A stretch of 32,000 nt of DNA from Candidatus Hermodarchaeota archaeon. GTDB lineage: Archaea > Asgardarchaeota > Heimdallarchaeia > Hodarchaeales > Hodarchaeaceae. This document shows positions 16,522 to 25,890 of the stretch, in pieces. Below the pieces are notes generated by a model that saw only the letters and a program-made list of their open reading frames with translations, made no database searches and had not been told where the DNA came from. Position numbers and translations under genes: made by a program. The stretch is taken from the NCBI GenBank assembly GCA_048886185.1, contig JBHLKY010000006.1:201245-233244 (forward strand), read 5' to 3'. The stretch's first letter is position 1; every line of letters begins with the position of its first letter.

Positions 16522-18135
16522 ATGACAAGTTTGTCTCAAGAATTATTACATAAAGCGTTAAATGATATTACTATATCACTTATTAATGAACCAACTCTAA
16601 CTAGAACTAAACTTGAGAAATATAAACGAACCTTCGCCAAGAAGTATGGCTTAAAACGATTTGTCAAGAATTCCGAAATTTTAAACCATGTTCTTAATGT
16701 AGATTTCTTAACTGAAGATGAAATAGAATATCTAACACACTTTCTACAAGTACGTAGAGTAAGGACAATTAGTGGTATTGCTGTAGTAGCAGTGATGACA
16801 AAATCCTCCATATGTCCAGGTAACTGCATTTATTGCCCAGAAGTTAATGGAGTACCAAAATCATATACAGGAAAAGAACCAGCAGCAATGAGAGGTGCTC
16901 AAAACAATTTCATTCCTAAGAAACAAGTTGTAGCACGATTAAATCAACTGAAAAGCATTGGTCATCCTCTAGATAAAGTTCATCTTATAATCATGGGAGG
17001 AACATTCCTAGCAACTCCCTTAGATTATCAAGAATATTTTGTAAAGGAATGTCTTGATGGAATAACTGGAAAATCATCAACTACGCTAGAGGAAGCACAT
17101 CAAAATGCTGATACAGCTGCCTATCGAAATGTAGGAATAACTCTAGAAACAAGACCAGACTATTGTAAAGAATCCCATGTTAATCGAATCTTAGAACTTG
17201 GTGGGACATGGGTGGAAATTGGTATTCAGGTATTATCTGATAAGACCCTAGAATTAATACAACGACATCACAATTTGGATGATGTTTGGAAAGCTATACG
17301 GTATGCAAAGGATGGTGGTTTGAAAGTTACAGTACACATGATGCCAAACCTCTTTCAGTCCCCAGAAGAAGACATAAAGATGTTTGAGGTTCTCTATTCA
17401 GATCCTAAGTATGTTCCAGATGCAGTGAAAATATATCCAACATTGGTTTTGCCGAATACCAAATTATTCGAGTTATGGAAAAAGGAAGTCTATAAACCAT
17501 ACGACTCTCAAAGAGTAATTGATGTGGTTGCATCTATCAAAGCAATTACGCCTCCTTATGTCCGTATACAACGTGTCCAACGCGATATTCCTGCATATTT
17601 AATTCTTGATGGTGTACAATCAGGTAATTTGAGAGAATTGGCACGAGAAGAGTTAACAAGAAGAGGTAGCAAGTGTTCATGCATTCGTTGTCGAGAAGTG
17701 GGTCATCAAACAAACTTGGGGAATAAGTCATGGATAAATAAAGAAAAAAAGTTCAGTATCTTGGAATATCCTGCATCAAATGGAATAGAGTACTTTATTT
17801 CGTTCGAAACAGACGATAATGAGACACTTTTCGGATTTTTACGTCTTCGAGAGCCTTCATCGGCTTCATTTCGCCCTGAACTTAATAGCACTCCTTCAAC
17901 AATCATTCGAGAGCTTCATGTGTACGGAAAACTTGTAGGGATTGGAAAATTGCCAAAAAACTTAGAATGGCAACATAGGGGGATAGGCCAAAAGATGATT
18001 GCATTAGCAGAGGAGACTTCAAAAGCCAAGGGATACAAAAAAATGCTTGTAACATCAGGACTCGGTGTTCGTGATTATTATCGTAAGTTGGGTTTCCATC
18101 AAGAAGGCCCTTTCATGGCCAAATCATTAAAGTAA
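16522..18135 (+). CDS. elp3: tRNA uridine(34) acetyltransferase Elp3 (radical SAM + GNAT)
   Basis: RTISGIAVVAVM, CPGNCIYCP, SYTGKEPAAMRG, MGGTF, ETRPD, KIYPTLV, RVQRDIP, C.CIRCREVG, IRELHVYG, WQHRGIG, GVRDYYRKLG. Confidence 0.97.
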   Translation: MTSLSQELLHKALNDITISLINEPTLTRTKLEKYKRTFAKKYGLKRFVKNSEILNHVLNVDFLTEDEIEYLTHFLQVRRVRTISGIAVVAVMTKSSICPGNCIYCPEVNGVPKSYTGKEPAAMRGAQNNFIPKKQVVARLNQLKSIGHPLDKVHLIIMGGTFLATPLDYQEYFVKECLDGITGKSSTTLEEAHQNADTAAYRNVGITLETRPDYCKESHVNRILELGGTWVEIGIQVLSDKTLELIQRHHNLDDVWKAIRYAKDGGLKVTVHMMPNLFQSPEEDIKMFEVLYSDPKYVPDAVKIYPTLVLPNTKLFELWKKEVYKPYDSQRVIDVVASIKAITPPYVRIQRVQRDIPAYLILDGVQSGNLRELAREELTRRGSKCSCIRCREVGHQTNLGNKSWINKEKKFSILEYPASNGIEYFISFETDDNETLFGFLRLREPSSASFRPELNSTPSTIIRELHVYGKLVGIGKLPKNLEWQHRGIGQKMIALAEETSKAKGYKKMLVTSGLGVRDYYRKLGFHQEGPFMAKSLK

Positions 18136-18213
18136 TAAAGCACTGAATTACTTACATTAAATTAAGCTAAAGTCTGAAAAAGATAAGGGGGATTTGGGGT
18201 TTAGAGTGATGGT

Positions 18214-19101
18214 TTATTCCATTCGTGAAAGCATGTCCCATTCAAATTGAAGATCTTTCTTGAGTTCTTCTATCTGCTGTGATGACATCTTTTTAAAACG
18301 TCCTTGTTTTCCTAGATACTCTTCTAATGGAGTTCGATTAGCAGGATCACGAAATTTTTCCCCACGTCTACTGAAAGTAAGTTTCCCATTCTCAATCTCA
18401 TAAAGTGGGAAATATCCTGTTTTCACTGCTAATTTCCCAAGTTCTGGAGTAATTGCAGGTTCAGAGTACCATCCCGTGGGACATGGAGCATCTATTAGGA
18501 TGAATCGGTATCCTTCTATATTTCCAGCTTTCTTCGCTTTTGTATGCAGATCACGAGGATAACCAACTGACGCTGTAGCAATGTATGGTACATCATGAGC
18601 AGCCATAATACGAGTGACGCTTTTTCTCTTCTCACGTTTCCCAATAGGAGTAGTTGTAGTAGCTGCTCCTCGAGGAGTCGCTCCACTACGCTGAGCACCT
18701 GTATTACTATAGAATCCATTATCATAACAAAAATGGAGGACATCCTCATTTCTTTCTGCTGCTCCAGACCATGTAGCAACGCCAATATCGTATGTTCCTC
18801 CATCTCCAGACCAAACTACAGTCGTTACCTTTTCTCCTCTCCGTTTTTTCGCCCTTGTGATACCTGAAGCAGCACTAGCGTGAGCTGCAAATGCAATATT
18901 CAATGTAGGAACGTTATAAGTGACATTGGGGTGAAGGCTCTGTATAACTGATGCACAACAGGCGGGTATAACTACAATGGGATTATCTAACGCCGAAATT
19001 GCAGTGCGGTAGGCAATAGAAAGACCACAGCCGGCACAAGCAAAATTACCTCTCAATAAAACCTCTGGACGATCTATCATTTCTTTTATTTTGACACTCA
19101 A
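18214..19101 (-). CDS. porB: Pyruvate/2-ketoisovalerate:ferredoxin oxidoreductase beta subunit
   Basis: ACAGCG, GDGGTYDIG...DNGFYSNTG (TPP-binding), CPTGW. Por versus Vor substrate class cannot be determined from sequence by eye. Confidence 0.9.
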   Translation of the reverse strand: MSVKIKEMIDRPEVLLRGNFACAGCGLSIAYRTAISALDNPIVVIPACCASVIQSLHPNVTYNVPTLNIAFAAHASAASGITRAKKRRGEKVTTVVWSGDGGTYDIGVATWSGAAERNEDVLHFCYDNGFYSNTGAQRSGATPRGAATTTTPIGKREKRKSVTRIMAAHDVPYIATASVGYPRDLHTKAKKAGNIEGYRFILIDAPCPTGWYSEPAITPELGKLAVKTGYFPLYEIENGKLTFSRRGEKFRDPANRTPLEEYLGKQGRFKKMSSQQIEELKKDLQFEWDMLSRME

Positions 19102-19105
19102 TTGT

Positions 19106-20260
19106 TCATCCCTTCATTATTTTTTTCACTTCAGATGCGATATCCATGTAAGAAACATCCATTCCGCCTAAACCTCTAATTATCTGATGGAATTCAACCT
19201 CTACCTTTTTTGCATATAATTCAGCTTGAATTTCAATTGCAAGCTGACCAGCATTACCAAAGGAAACAGCACGATCAATTACTAAGACTTTTGGTACCTT
19301 TTTCAACGCATCAATCAATTCTTTTTTCGGAAACGGACGAAATACACGTAACCTAATGACAACAGCCTTTATTCCTTCCTCATGTAGGATTTCCAGTGAT
19401 TGTTCTGCTTCTTCACCTAAAGTTCCTAATGCAATAATGGCAACATCAACGTCATCAATGTCACCAACAATTTCGACCATTTCTTTCCCGAGTCTTCCGA
19501 ATTTCTCAGAGTATTCTTGAAAAATCTTGGGAATGATGAAACGTGCATTATTAAAGCCATCGATTAAAGACATTCGTTGTTCCCAAATACCCTGAGAGTC
19601 AGTGAGAGATCCATGAGCAAAGGGATCTTCAGGGTCCAACATCACAAGCGGTTTAAAGGGAGGAAGAAATTCATCGACCTCTTCTTGGCTTGGAATTTCT
19701 ACCTGAGCAGAGGTATGACTTAAGATAAACCCATCCAAACATACCATCACAGGCATCCATATTTTATGATGCTCGGCAATTTTAAAAGCACAAAGGGTTA
19801 AATCTAAGACTTCCTGATTATTTTTGGCATAGAATTGAATCCAACCAGCATCTCTGAAGGTCATAGAATCTTGATGGTCAGGCCATATATTCCAAGGGTT
19901 CAGAGAACGATTAACTACAGGCATTACAATAGGAATCCGCGTTACTCCAGCCCACCATACTAACTCACCCATGTAAAGAAGTCCATGTGCACTTGTAGCG
20001 GTAAATGTGCGTACACCTGCGAGTGATGCCCCAATAGCGGCACCCATTGCACTATGCTCGCTTTCAACGTTTACAAAATCACAATCAAGCTCTCCTCGTG
20101 CGACCATTTCCGAAATCGTTTCAACAATAAGCGTTTGAGGAGTAATAGGATAGGCTGCGATAACCTGTGGTCTTGCCAGCTTCGCTGCTGTTGCTACAGC
20201 AGCGTTTCCAGTTATTAACTCAACATTTGATTTTTTCATCGCTTGTACCAAGAATTTCAC
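19106..20260 (-). CDS. porA: Pyruvate/2-ketoisovalerate:ferredoxin oxidoreductase alpha subunit
   Basis: AYPITPQT, ESEHSAM, TATSAHGL, NRS, DHQDS, DGFILSH. Start uncertain (GTG 20260, TTG 20251 or a downstream ATG). Confidence 0.92.
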   Translation of the reverse strand: MKFLVQAMKKSNVELITGNAAVATAAKLARPQVIAAYPITPQTLIVETISEMVARGELDCDFVNVESEHSAMGAAIGASLAGVRTFTATSAHGLLYMGELVWWAGVTRIPIVMPVVNRSLNPWNIWPDHQDSMTFRDAGWIQFYAKNNQEVLDLTLCAFKIAEHHKIWMPVMVCLDGFILSHTSAQVEIPSQEEVDEFLPPFKPLVMLDPEDPFAHGSLTDSQGIWEQRMSLIDGFNNARFIIPKIFQEYSEKFGRLGKEMVEIVGDIDDVDVAIIALGTLGEEAEQSLEILHEEGIKAVVIRLRVFRPFPKKELIDALKKVPKVLVIDRAVSFGNAGQLAIEIQAELYAKKVEVEFHQIIRGLGGMDVSYMDIASEVKKIMKG

Positions 20261-20551
20261 CTACTCTTTTTCCATCTTCAATGCATCTGCGGGACAGACA
20301 TGAACGCACACTCCACACCCCTTACAATACACATAATCAATATAGGGATATTCTCCGTTAGCCTCAACGCGTATTGTCCCTTCTGGACAGAATGACCAGC
20401 ATTGATAACATTTAGTGCACTGTTCTTCGAAAAAAACTGGCTTACTTGTACGCCAGTCACCAGTAGTCCCTGGCCCAGGAGCTGAGCCTACTGTAGGTCT
20501 ACCTAGTGGTAAAACAGGGTCTTTCATTTCGCTTTCATCCAATGATATCAC
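20261..20551 (-). CDS. porD: 2-oxoacid:ferredoxin oxidoreductase delta subunit (2x[4Fe-4S])
   Basis: TGDWRT..P, CTKCYQCWSFCP, YCKGCGVCVHVCP. Confidence 0.93.
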   Translation of the reverse strand: MISLDESEMKDPVLPLGRPTVGSAPGPGTTGDWRTSKPVFFEEQCTKCYQCWSFCPEGTIRVEANGEYPYIDYVYCKGCGVCVHVCPADALKMEKE

Positions 20552-20559
20552 CTTAATGC

Positions 20560-21126
20560 CTAATTAACAAATTCAAACCGCTCGTGAGCCATTTTAAGGG
20601 ATCGAATATTAGCCTTTGCGAGCTCTCCTTCTCCAAATTGGTGTTTAGTTGCATTAATAAGCTCTTCTAGGCTGACCACTCCTGTTGCTTTGACCCAAGC
20701 TCCTAACATTATTATACTAACCATCATGGTTCCTGATTTGACTAATCCACATTCACGTGCAATATCAACAGCGTCTACTTTTCCAATTTTGAGATCGCGC
20801 CTGTTCTTTAAGGCGGGAGGAACTTCTCGTGAATTGACCACAATTATTGTTCCAGGACTTATCTCTTCAAAGGGCATTGTTTCAACTAATGAAGGTTCCA
20901 AGACAATCCAACTATGGGTATTAGCTGTAATTACAGGGGCGTGTGTTTTCACATGTTCGTCAGCTATACGTACATCTGCAAAAATAGGGGCCCCCTTTCG
21001 TTCTGATCCATATTTAGGGATCGCTTGGACAAATTTTCCACCAAGATGGCCACAATAAGCCAGTACTTTCGCAGCTGTTACTCCACCCTGTCCTCCCCTG
21101 CTTAGAATCCGTATTTCAGTCATCAT
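20560..21126 (-). CDS. porG: 2-oxoacid:ferredoxin oxidoreductase gamma subunit
   Basis: EIRILSRGGQGGVTAA, YGSERKGAP, VDAVDIA; first gene of the gamma-delta-alpha-beta operon. Confidence 0.92.
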   Translation of the reverse strand: MMTEIRILSRGGQGGVTAAKVLAYCGHLGGKFVQAIPKYGSERKGAPIFADVRIADEHVKTHAPVITANTHSWIVLEPSLVETMPFEEISPGTIIVVNSREVPPALKNRRDLKIGKVDAVDIARECGLVKSGTMMVSIIMLGAWVKATGVVSLEELINATKHQFGEGELAKANIRSLKMAHERFEFVN

Positions 21127-21581
21127 ACTTTTTCCAACCAGAACAAAGAGTCTTGAAAATCTTCTAGACTCTTATAAAGCCATCAAGACTTCTTCTAAAT
21201 CCTAAGATTCCGAATAGAAAGATCTTTATGACTGTTTCATAACTGTTAGAGGTTGTATTTCGAGGTACTCTTCAAACTATTTGGATTCTTAAGTGCTTTT
21301 ATGGAGGGACAATTCTGATTTCATAAAGTGAAAACCTCTTTTCACTGTCATTGTTAGCCATACAATAGTAAAAAACCTATCTTCAGGATTAATCATTAGG
21401 ATTGTCAAATATTGAGGGATATTTGTGAGAGATCATTGAACACAAAATCCATTTTTAATTAGCTTAATCAACCCCAATGGATAAAAAGGACTCTATAATG
21501 CTATTTATTTCTCTCCTACTGCGTGTACTATTCTGCAACTCTTCTCTCCTTCCTATGTTCAGTATCTTAAAAAATAGTGAA

Positions 21582-21686
21582 TGGACCGAGTGGGATTTGG
21601 ACCCACGACCTCCTGCATTCAGGATTGTTACTCATTAGAGCACAATTTGCCAAGCAGGCGCTACTACCAAGCTGAGCTATCGGCCC
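21582..21686 (-). tRNA. tRNA-Ala(GGC) with a 30-nt intron at 37/38 (intron 21618..21647); CCA not encoded
   Basis: Acceptor GGGCCGA/TCGGTCC with G3:U70 (Ala identity) and discriminator A. Anticodon stem CCTGC/GCAGG, loop TT-GGC-A|T. T-stem GTGGG/CCCAC. Relaxed bulge-helix-bulge at the intron ends. Confidence 0.93.
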
Positions 21687-21983
21687 GACTCTATCTTCAT
21701 TGATTCGGAGTGGTTTATTAATATCCTCCATTTTATCACATTTTAGCAAATTAATTTTATGGCTTATCTAGATGATAAGCGTTGACTTAATAACAATCCA
21801 AATTGCCTAGATTAGAAGATTTAAGCTTAGTTATTACTGTTTTTCAGATCAAAAGCGTCCAAAAGATGTTAATAGTGCATTTAATAGCATGTTATCAATT
21901 ATTTCCCACCGATATGAAGTCTTTTAAAGGTTGGAATTGCTCCCCTTCCCATAGATGTTTATTAAATAGAGAAGGATCTTAAC

Positions 21984-22754
21984 ATGTCACATACTTATTG
22001 CACAAATTGTGGGAAAGAAATTAGCGTCACTGCTCGTTTTTGTCGATTTTGTGGAACTCCTATAGGAAGATCCCAATCCAGTCCAACTCCTGAACCTGCC
22101 TCACCTTCTCTTAGTGCAACTCCAGCACCAATGAGACAACCGACCATTATGCCGACAGAAGTTACCGAAAAAATACCTGATGAGATTGTTGATGCTCTTT
22201 ATGCACGAAAGAGAAAGAATCAGATCAAAGCAGAATTGAAAAAACTTCTAGAGGAAATTGATGAATTATCCAAGAAAGTTGAGATAGGTCTTATTGATGA
22301 AAATGAATCCACAGAAATGACAAATAAAATTCAATCCAATATTGCAACACTTCAGGAAGAGCAAAACAATCTTCAAACTCAGCCTTTAGAGCTTGAAACG
22401 TTTGTTGAAGATGAGAAAAAATGGCAAAAGCGTCTTGAGAAAATTGAAGAAAAAATGCGTGCTCAAGCTGTTTCTGATGAAGTGTACTATTCTCTTCGAG
22501 ATGAATATTCTTCAGAATTAGCTTCTGTTCAACAAAAGATAGCTACCGAGGAGAGGAAAGCAAGAAGATGGCTGGTAGATCTTCAAAAAGAAGCCCGTGA
22601 ACTTGAGACAAAAATAGAAAGACTCCGCGTCAGAGGAGAAATTGAGGGATTGACTCCAGAGGAAATAAATCAGAAGAATAAGGATTTATCCCAACAACAT
22701 GCTAAAAAGTCAGTTGCTGCTGAGGTACTTACCCAGATATTAGGAGCCCTTTAG
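21984..22754 (+). CDS. Zinc-ribbon + Pro-rich linker + CdvA-like coiled-coil protein
   Basis: CTNCG..ISVTARFCRFCG. The segment KWQKRLEKIEEKMRAQAVSDEVYYSLRDEYSSEL...L.DL..E...LE..IERL resembles the CdvA helical region as recalled. Confidence 0.65.
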   Translation: MSHTYCTNCGKEISVTARFCRFCGTPIGRSQSSPTPEPASPSLSATPAPMRQPTIMPTEVTEKIPDEIVDALYARKRKNQIKAELKKLLEEIDELSKKVEIGLIDENESTEMTNKIQSNIATLQEEQNNLQTQPLELETFVEDEKKWQKRLEKIEEKMRAQAVSDEVYYSLRDEYSSELASVQQKIATEERKARRWLVDLQKEARELETKIERLRVRGEIEGLTPEEINQKNKDLSQQHAKKSVAAEVLTQILGAL

Positions 22755-24013
22755 TATAAAAAGGTTTCAACCTTATTTTTGTCATTCTCTATCTCCCGGG
22801 TAAGTTCCTTAATTTTTTCATTCAGTTCTGGTATTTCTTTTCTTAGTTTTAAAATTAGAGCCTCAATTTCTTCATATTCCTTAATCATCTTCAAAGCTTC
22901 AGTATATTGGGGATTCTGTTGCAGCTTATCCTCCGCATCATTTAGCTCATTCTCAAGTGTTCTTATACGAGCAAATTTCTCTAGAACCTCTTTTTGAACT
23001 ATAAATTGCCTCAATTCAGTTGAATCTTCAAATCTAAACCAGCTTTTCCCACTTACTAATTCCAGGCCATGTGTTTCAATGATAAAGACGATTTTTCGCC
23101 ATAATTCCTCATCAAGCCTTTGAAATCTAGTTGGTTCCAGAATCAAACCAAGGAAATCTTCTTTTTCTTCTAGAATACGATTTTCGCGTCTTTCAATCAT
23201 CTTTACATAGCGTTCAAGACTTGTAGTTAAGATTTTTAGAAATAATGACAGATCTGGATCAAAAAAGAGTTGTTCTTTTTCTTGAATAATCTTAGGTATT
23301 CTACTATTTTCTCTTTGCAATTCTATCTGATGCTTATAAGTAGGTATTTTTTTATTTAGTTCTGCAATTAATTTAGTTTTTTTTTCTAGCTCATTTTGTT
23401 TTTCTTCAAGTAGGATTTCATATTTAATTCTCTGGTTATTTTTACTCGCTAAAGGATTTATTAATCGAAAAAGAGAATCAAAGAATTGTTTTCCATCTGA
23501 ATCATCCACAATGAACAATTCTTGTTTTTTTATTACATCATTAAGGATAAATAGGAAATCATCAGTATCTAATGGCTTTAAGTAGGATCTTCGTGCATTT
23601 AGAATTATTCTTGCGTCTTTTTGGGATTTCACGTTGGGATTTGAACTCTTCTTGAATTCAAGCTCGATTTTTTTTAAATCAAAATCTACAATTTCGAGTT
23701 CTTTTCGATAGCCCCGACGAGATCGTGACTTCAGCTGAGAGACGACTTGGAATTTACTTAAGTCTTCAAAAATTTCTAGACAAACCATTCCATATCGAAA
23801 AACATTTACAGTTGATACTGGAATCGTCTCATTTGATTCTTGAGCTCGTGAGAGGATTTCCTTTGATTTGTCAATAAGTGCTATCGTACTTTCTCCTAAA
23901 CGAAAACCTTTTCTTCCTGTATTAATCTTTAAATGATCAGAAGGAAAATATTTGGCGCAAAGATTGAATAAACGTTGTTTTGCGTATTCTTTGGAATCAA
24001 ATTTAGTTACCAT
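22751..24013 (-). CDS. Hypothetical coiled-coil protein
   Basis: 420-aa ORF with K/E/L-rich heptads centrally and C-terminally; its stop overlaps the convergent gene's stop. Confidence 0.75.
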   Translation of the reverse strand: MVTKFDSKEYAKQRLFNLCAKYFPSDHLKINTGRKGFRLGESTIALIDKSKEILSRAQESNETIPVSTVNVFRYGMVCLEIFEDLSKFQVVSQLKSRSRRGYRKELEIVDFDLKKIELEFKKSSNPNVKSQKDARIILNARRSYLKPLDTDDFLFILNDVIKKQELFIVDDSDGKQFFDSLFRLINPLASKNNQRIKYEILLEEKQNELEKKTKLIAELNKKIPTYKHQIELQRENSRIPKIIQEKEQLFFDPDLSLFLKILTTSLERYVKMIERRENRILEEKEDFLGLILEPTRFQRLDEELWRKIVFIIETHGLELVSGKSWFRFEDSTELRQFIVQKEVLEKFARIRTLENELNDAEDKLQQNPQYTEALKMIKEYEEIEALILKLRKEIPELNEKIKELTREIENDKNKVETFLY

Positions 24014-24130
24014 GCTTTATAATTCCTTAATTTAAGGTAACTTGAAACGTATGCTAGTGTTATTGAGGGGAAATAAGTATCATTTCCAATAGAAGGTGTT
24101 TTTATTCCTAGTCTATCCCTCAATAAAAAT

Positions 24131-24790
24131 TCAAGCAAGAATTTCCCAGTCACTCATTCTAAGATTTAGCATCATATCTTCTCCATTTGGACATTCTATC
24201 CTCAAAACTAACTGTCTTTTACTCTGTAGGATGACCTCAGGATGTAAACATCCTTCACGCAACTTTTCTAATAAGAAGCGAACATAAGAATCTGAAATTA
24301 CGGTTAGAGAACCATCCTGTAGATTCTCAGCCATTTGTCCAGGGAAGATTTGGACTTTACGCCCACTACGCTTCGTTGTTACTAGATCTACATTTTCTAA
24401 TCTGTTCAAATGATATCTAACAGTATCATGATGAACAGAGGGTGTGATTCCTTGAGCAATCTGACTTTGAAAAGAACCTGGATTGTTTAAAACATAGTTG
24501 AATATTTTTTTGGCTGTTTCTGGCCTCAGAACTGCAAAGATTCGTTCTGCTTCCGCTGACCGTAACCCTGCAGGATAATAAATTCGTTTCCCAGCATATT
24601 TCAGCGATTTGATAAGATGGTCTTCCTCCAAGCGCTTCAAATGCCAATTTAGGGTACCTTGGGGTAGTTCAAGATATTTAGCTAAATCGAAAAAATAAGA
24701 CCCAGGATTTTCAGCAAGTATTGAGTAAATCTTTCGTCGAAGTGGATGTAAAAGTAGGCTAATTTCTCTGTCATCAGAATCAAGGGTCAT
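24131..24790 (-). CDS. Tandem winged-HTH transcriptional regulator (COG3398-like)
   Basis: Two repeats: RRKIYSILAENPG...TLNWHLKRLE and AKKIFNYVLNNPG...TVRYHLNRLE. Confidence 0.85.
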   Translation of the reverse strand: MTLDSDDREISLLLHPLRRKIYSILAENPGSYFFDLAKYLELPQGTLNWHLKRLEEDHLIKSLKYAGKRIYYPAGLRSAEAERIFAVLRPETAKKIFNYVLNNPGSFQSQIAQGITPSVHHDTVRYHLNRLENVDLVTTKRSGRKVQIFPGQMAENLQDGSLTVISDSYVRFLLEKLREGCLHPEVILQSKRQLVLRIECPNGEDMMLNLRMSDWEILA

Positions 24791-25135
24791 ATTTCAACTC
24801 ATCTTCTTCGTAGGATTTTTCTTTAATGATAGAAAGCACGTATTGGAGCTCTTAAACTAGAAATAGGCACTGGGTTTTTTGTGTAGCCTATTGTTTTTAT
24901 TTTTTCTTTCTTTGATGCATTCAGTAAAACTTTAACTGGCAGGAGAACTGTCATAATTTACCCTTTATATACTATTATTCTCTCTCTGATATATATGATA
25001 AAGAGCCCTTAAAGAAAAGGGTTCCAAAACTAATCTATAAAAAAAATTAGGAGAGATGCAATTCAGAAGGAGCGAGAAACCTCTCAAATTTCAAATGAAT
25101 TCAGTTAAAAAAGTTAAGATGAGTCAAAAAGGAAA

Positions 25136-25555
25136 TTATGCAACAAGAGTAGTGATATCTACCTTGCTGACACCTTTAATTTCCGCTAATTCATCTTTCA
25201 GTTGCTCTTGAGAAATTGTTAAGTCACTGGAATCTAAATAACCTTCATAGGTGCAACTATCTTGGGTGAAGCAGAGCCCTGTGCTATAGAGGGTCTTTAT
25301 TTTGCTTCTCATGAAGACAACACCTAACTCCTGTAGAAAGTCAGGTGACAACTCACCGATTTCAATAGCGACTTTAACTACTTCGGGACTTTTAGTAGGA
25401 ATAATCCGAATGATCTTTGTCGAGGGTGCAAGGATCATTACTGCAGAGCTTTCTTCAACATCCTTAGGTCGTAATGTCTCAAGAAAATCAGCTGGAAGGG
25501 AAATCGGTTTTGACTCTTGAAGCTGAATCATTTTTGCGATTGTAACAGCAGACAT
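25136..25555 (-). CDS. ACT-domain protein with a possible AbrB-like N-terminus
   Basis: N-terminal ISLPADFL motif; C-terminal beta-alpha-beta-beta-alpha-beta ending LAEIKGVSKVDI. Confidence 0.6.
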   Translation of the reverse strand: MSAVTIAKMIQLQESKPISLPADFLETLRPKDVEESSAVMILAPSTKIIRIIPTKSPEVVKVAIEIGELSPDFLQELGVVFMRSKIKTLYSTGLCFTQDSCTYEGYLDSSDLTISQEQLKDELAEIKGVSKVDITTLVA

Positions 25556-25890
25556 TTATCTAATAGCCTCCGGTAATTCTTCAAATCTTCATTATGATCT
25601 TAATATGTTTCGTGTGGTGAGAGCCGCTAGTATAGCAAAAGCTCCATTACAAACAATTTGGATTGCCAAGTATTTATTAAGGTTTTTATTTTTTATTTAT
25701 TTGTGTGTCTATCATCGAGATAACGACGATAAAATTGAATTGAACCTTTGCCTCACAATATCAAATTTCATTAAGAAATGATGTTTTTTGATGAGTTTAT
25801 GTAGCCTTTAGAGGTAAGTACCATAAAATATCTTTTTTGGGGGGTAACCTCGCGTCCTGTTTCTAGGGACAGTATTCGATTTTTTTTGTA

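Noticed and set aside
21567-21749. 60-aa ORF in the track
   Set aside because: It overlaps the tRNA-Ala gene on the same strand and is spurious.
21127-21983. Integrated element at the tRNA
   Set aside because: No integrase and no duplicated tRNA 3' end seen in the window.
24823-24954. 43-aa ORF (MTVLLPVKVLL...) upstream of the tandem-HTH gene
   Set aside because: No SD or recognisable motif; it lies in an AT-rich promoter region and is likely chance.
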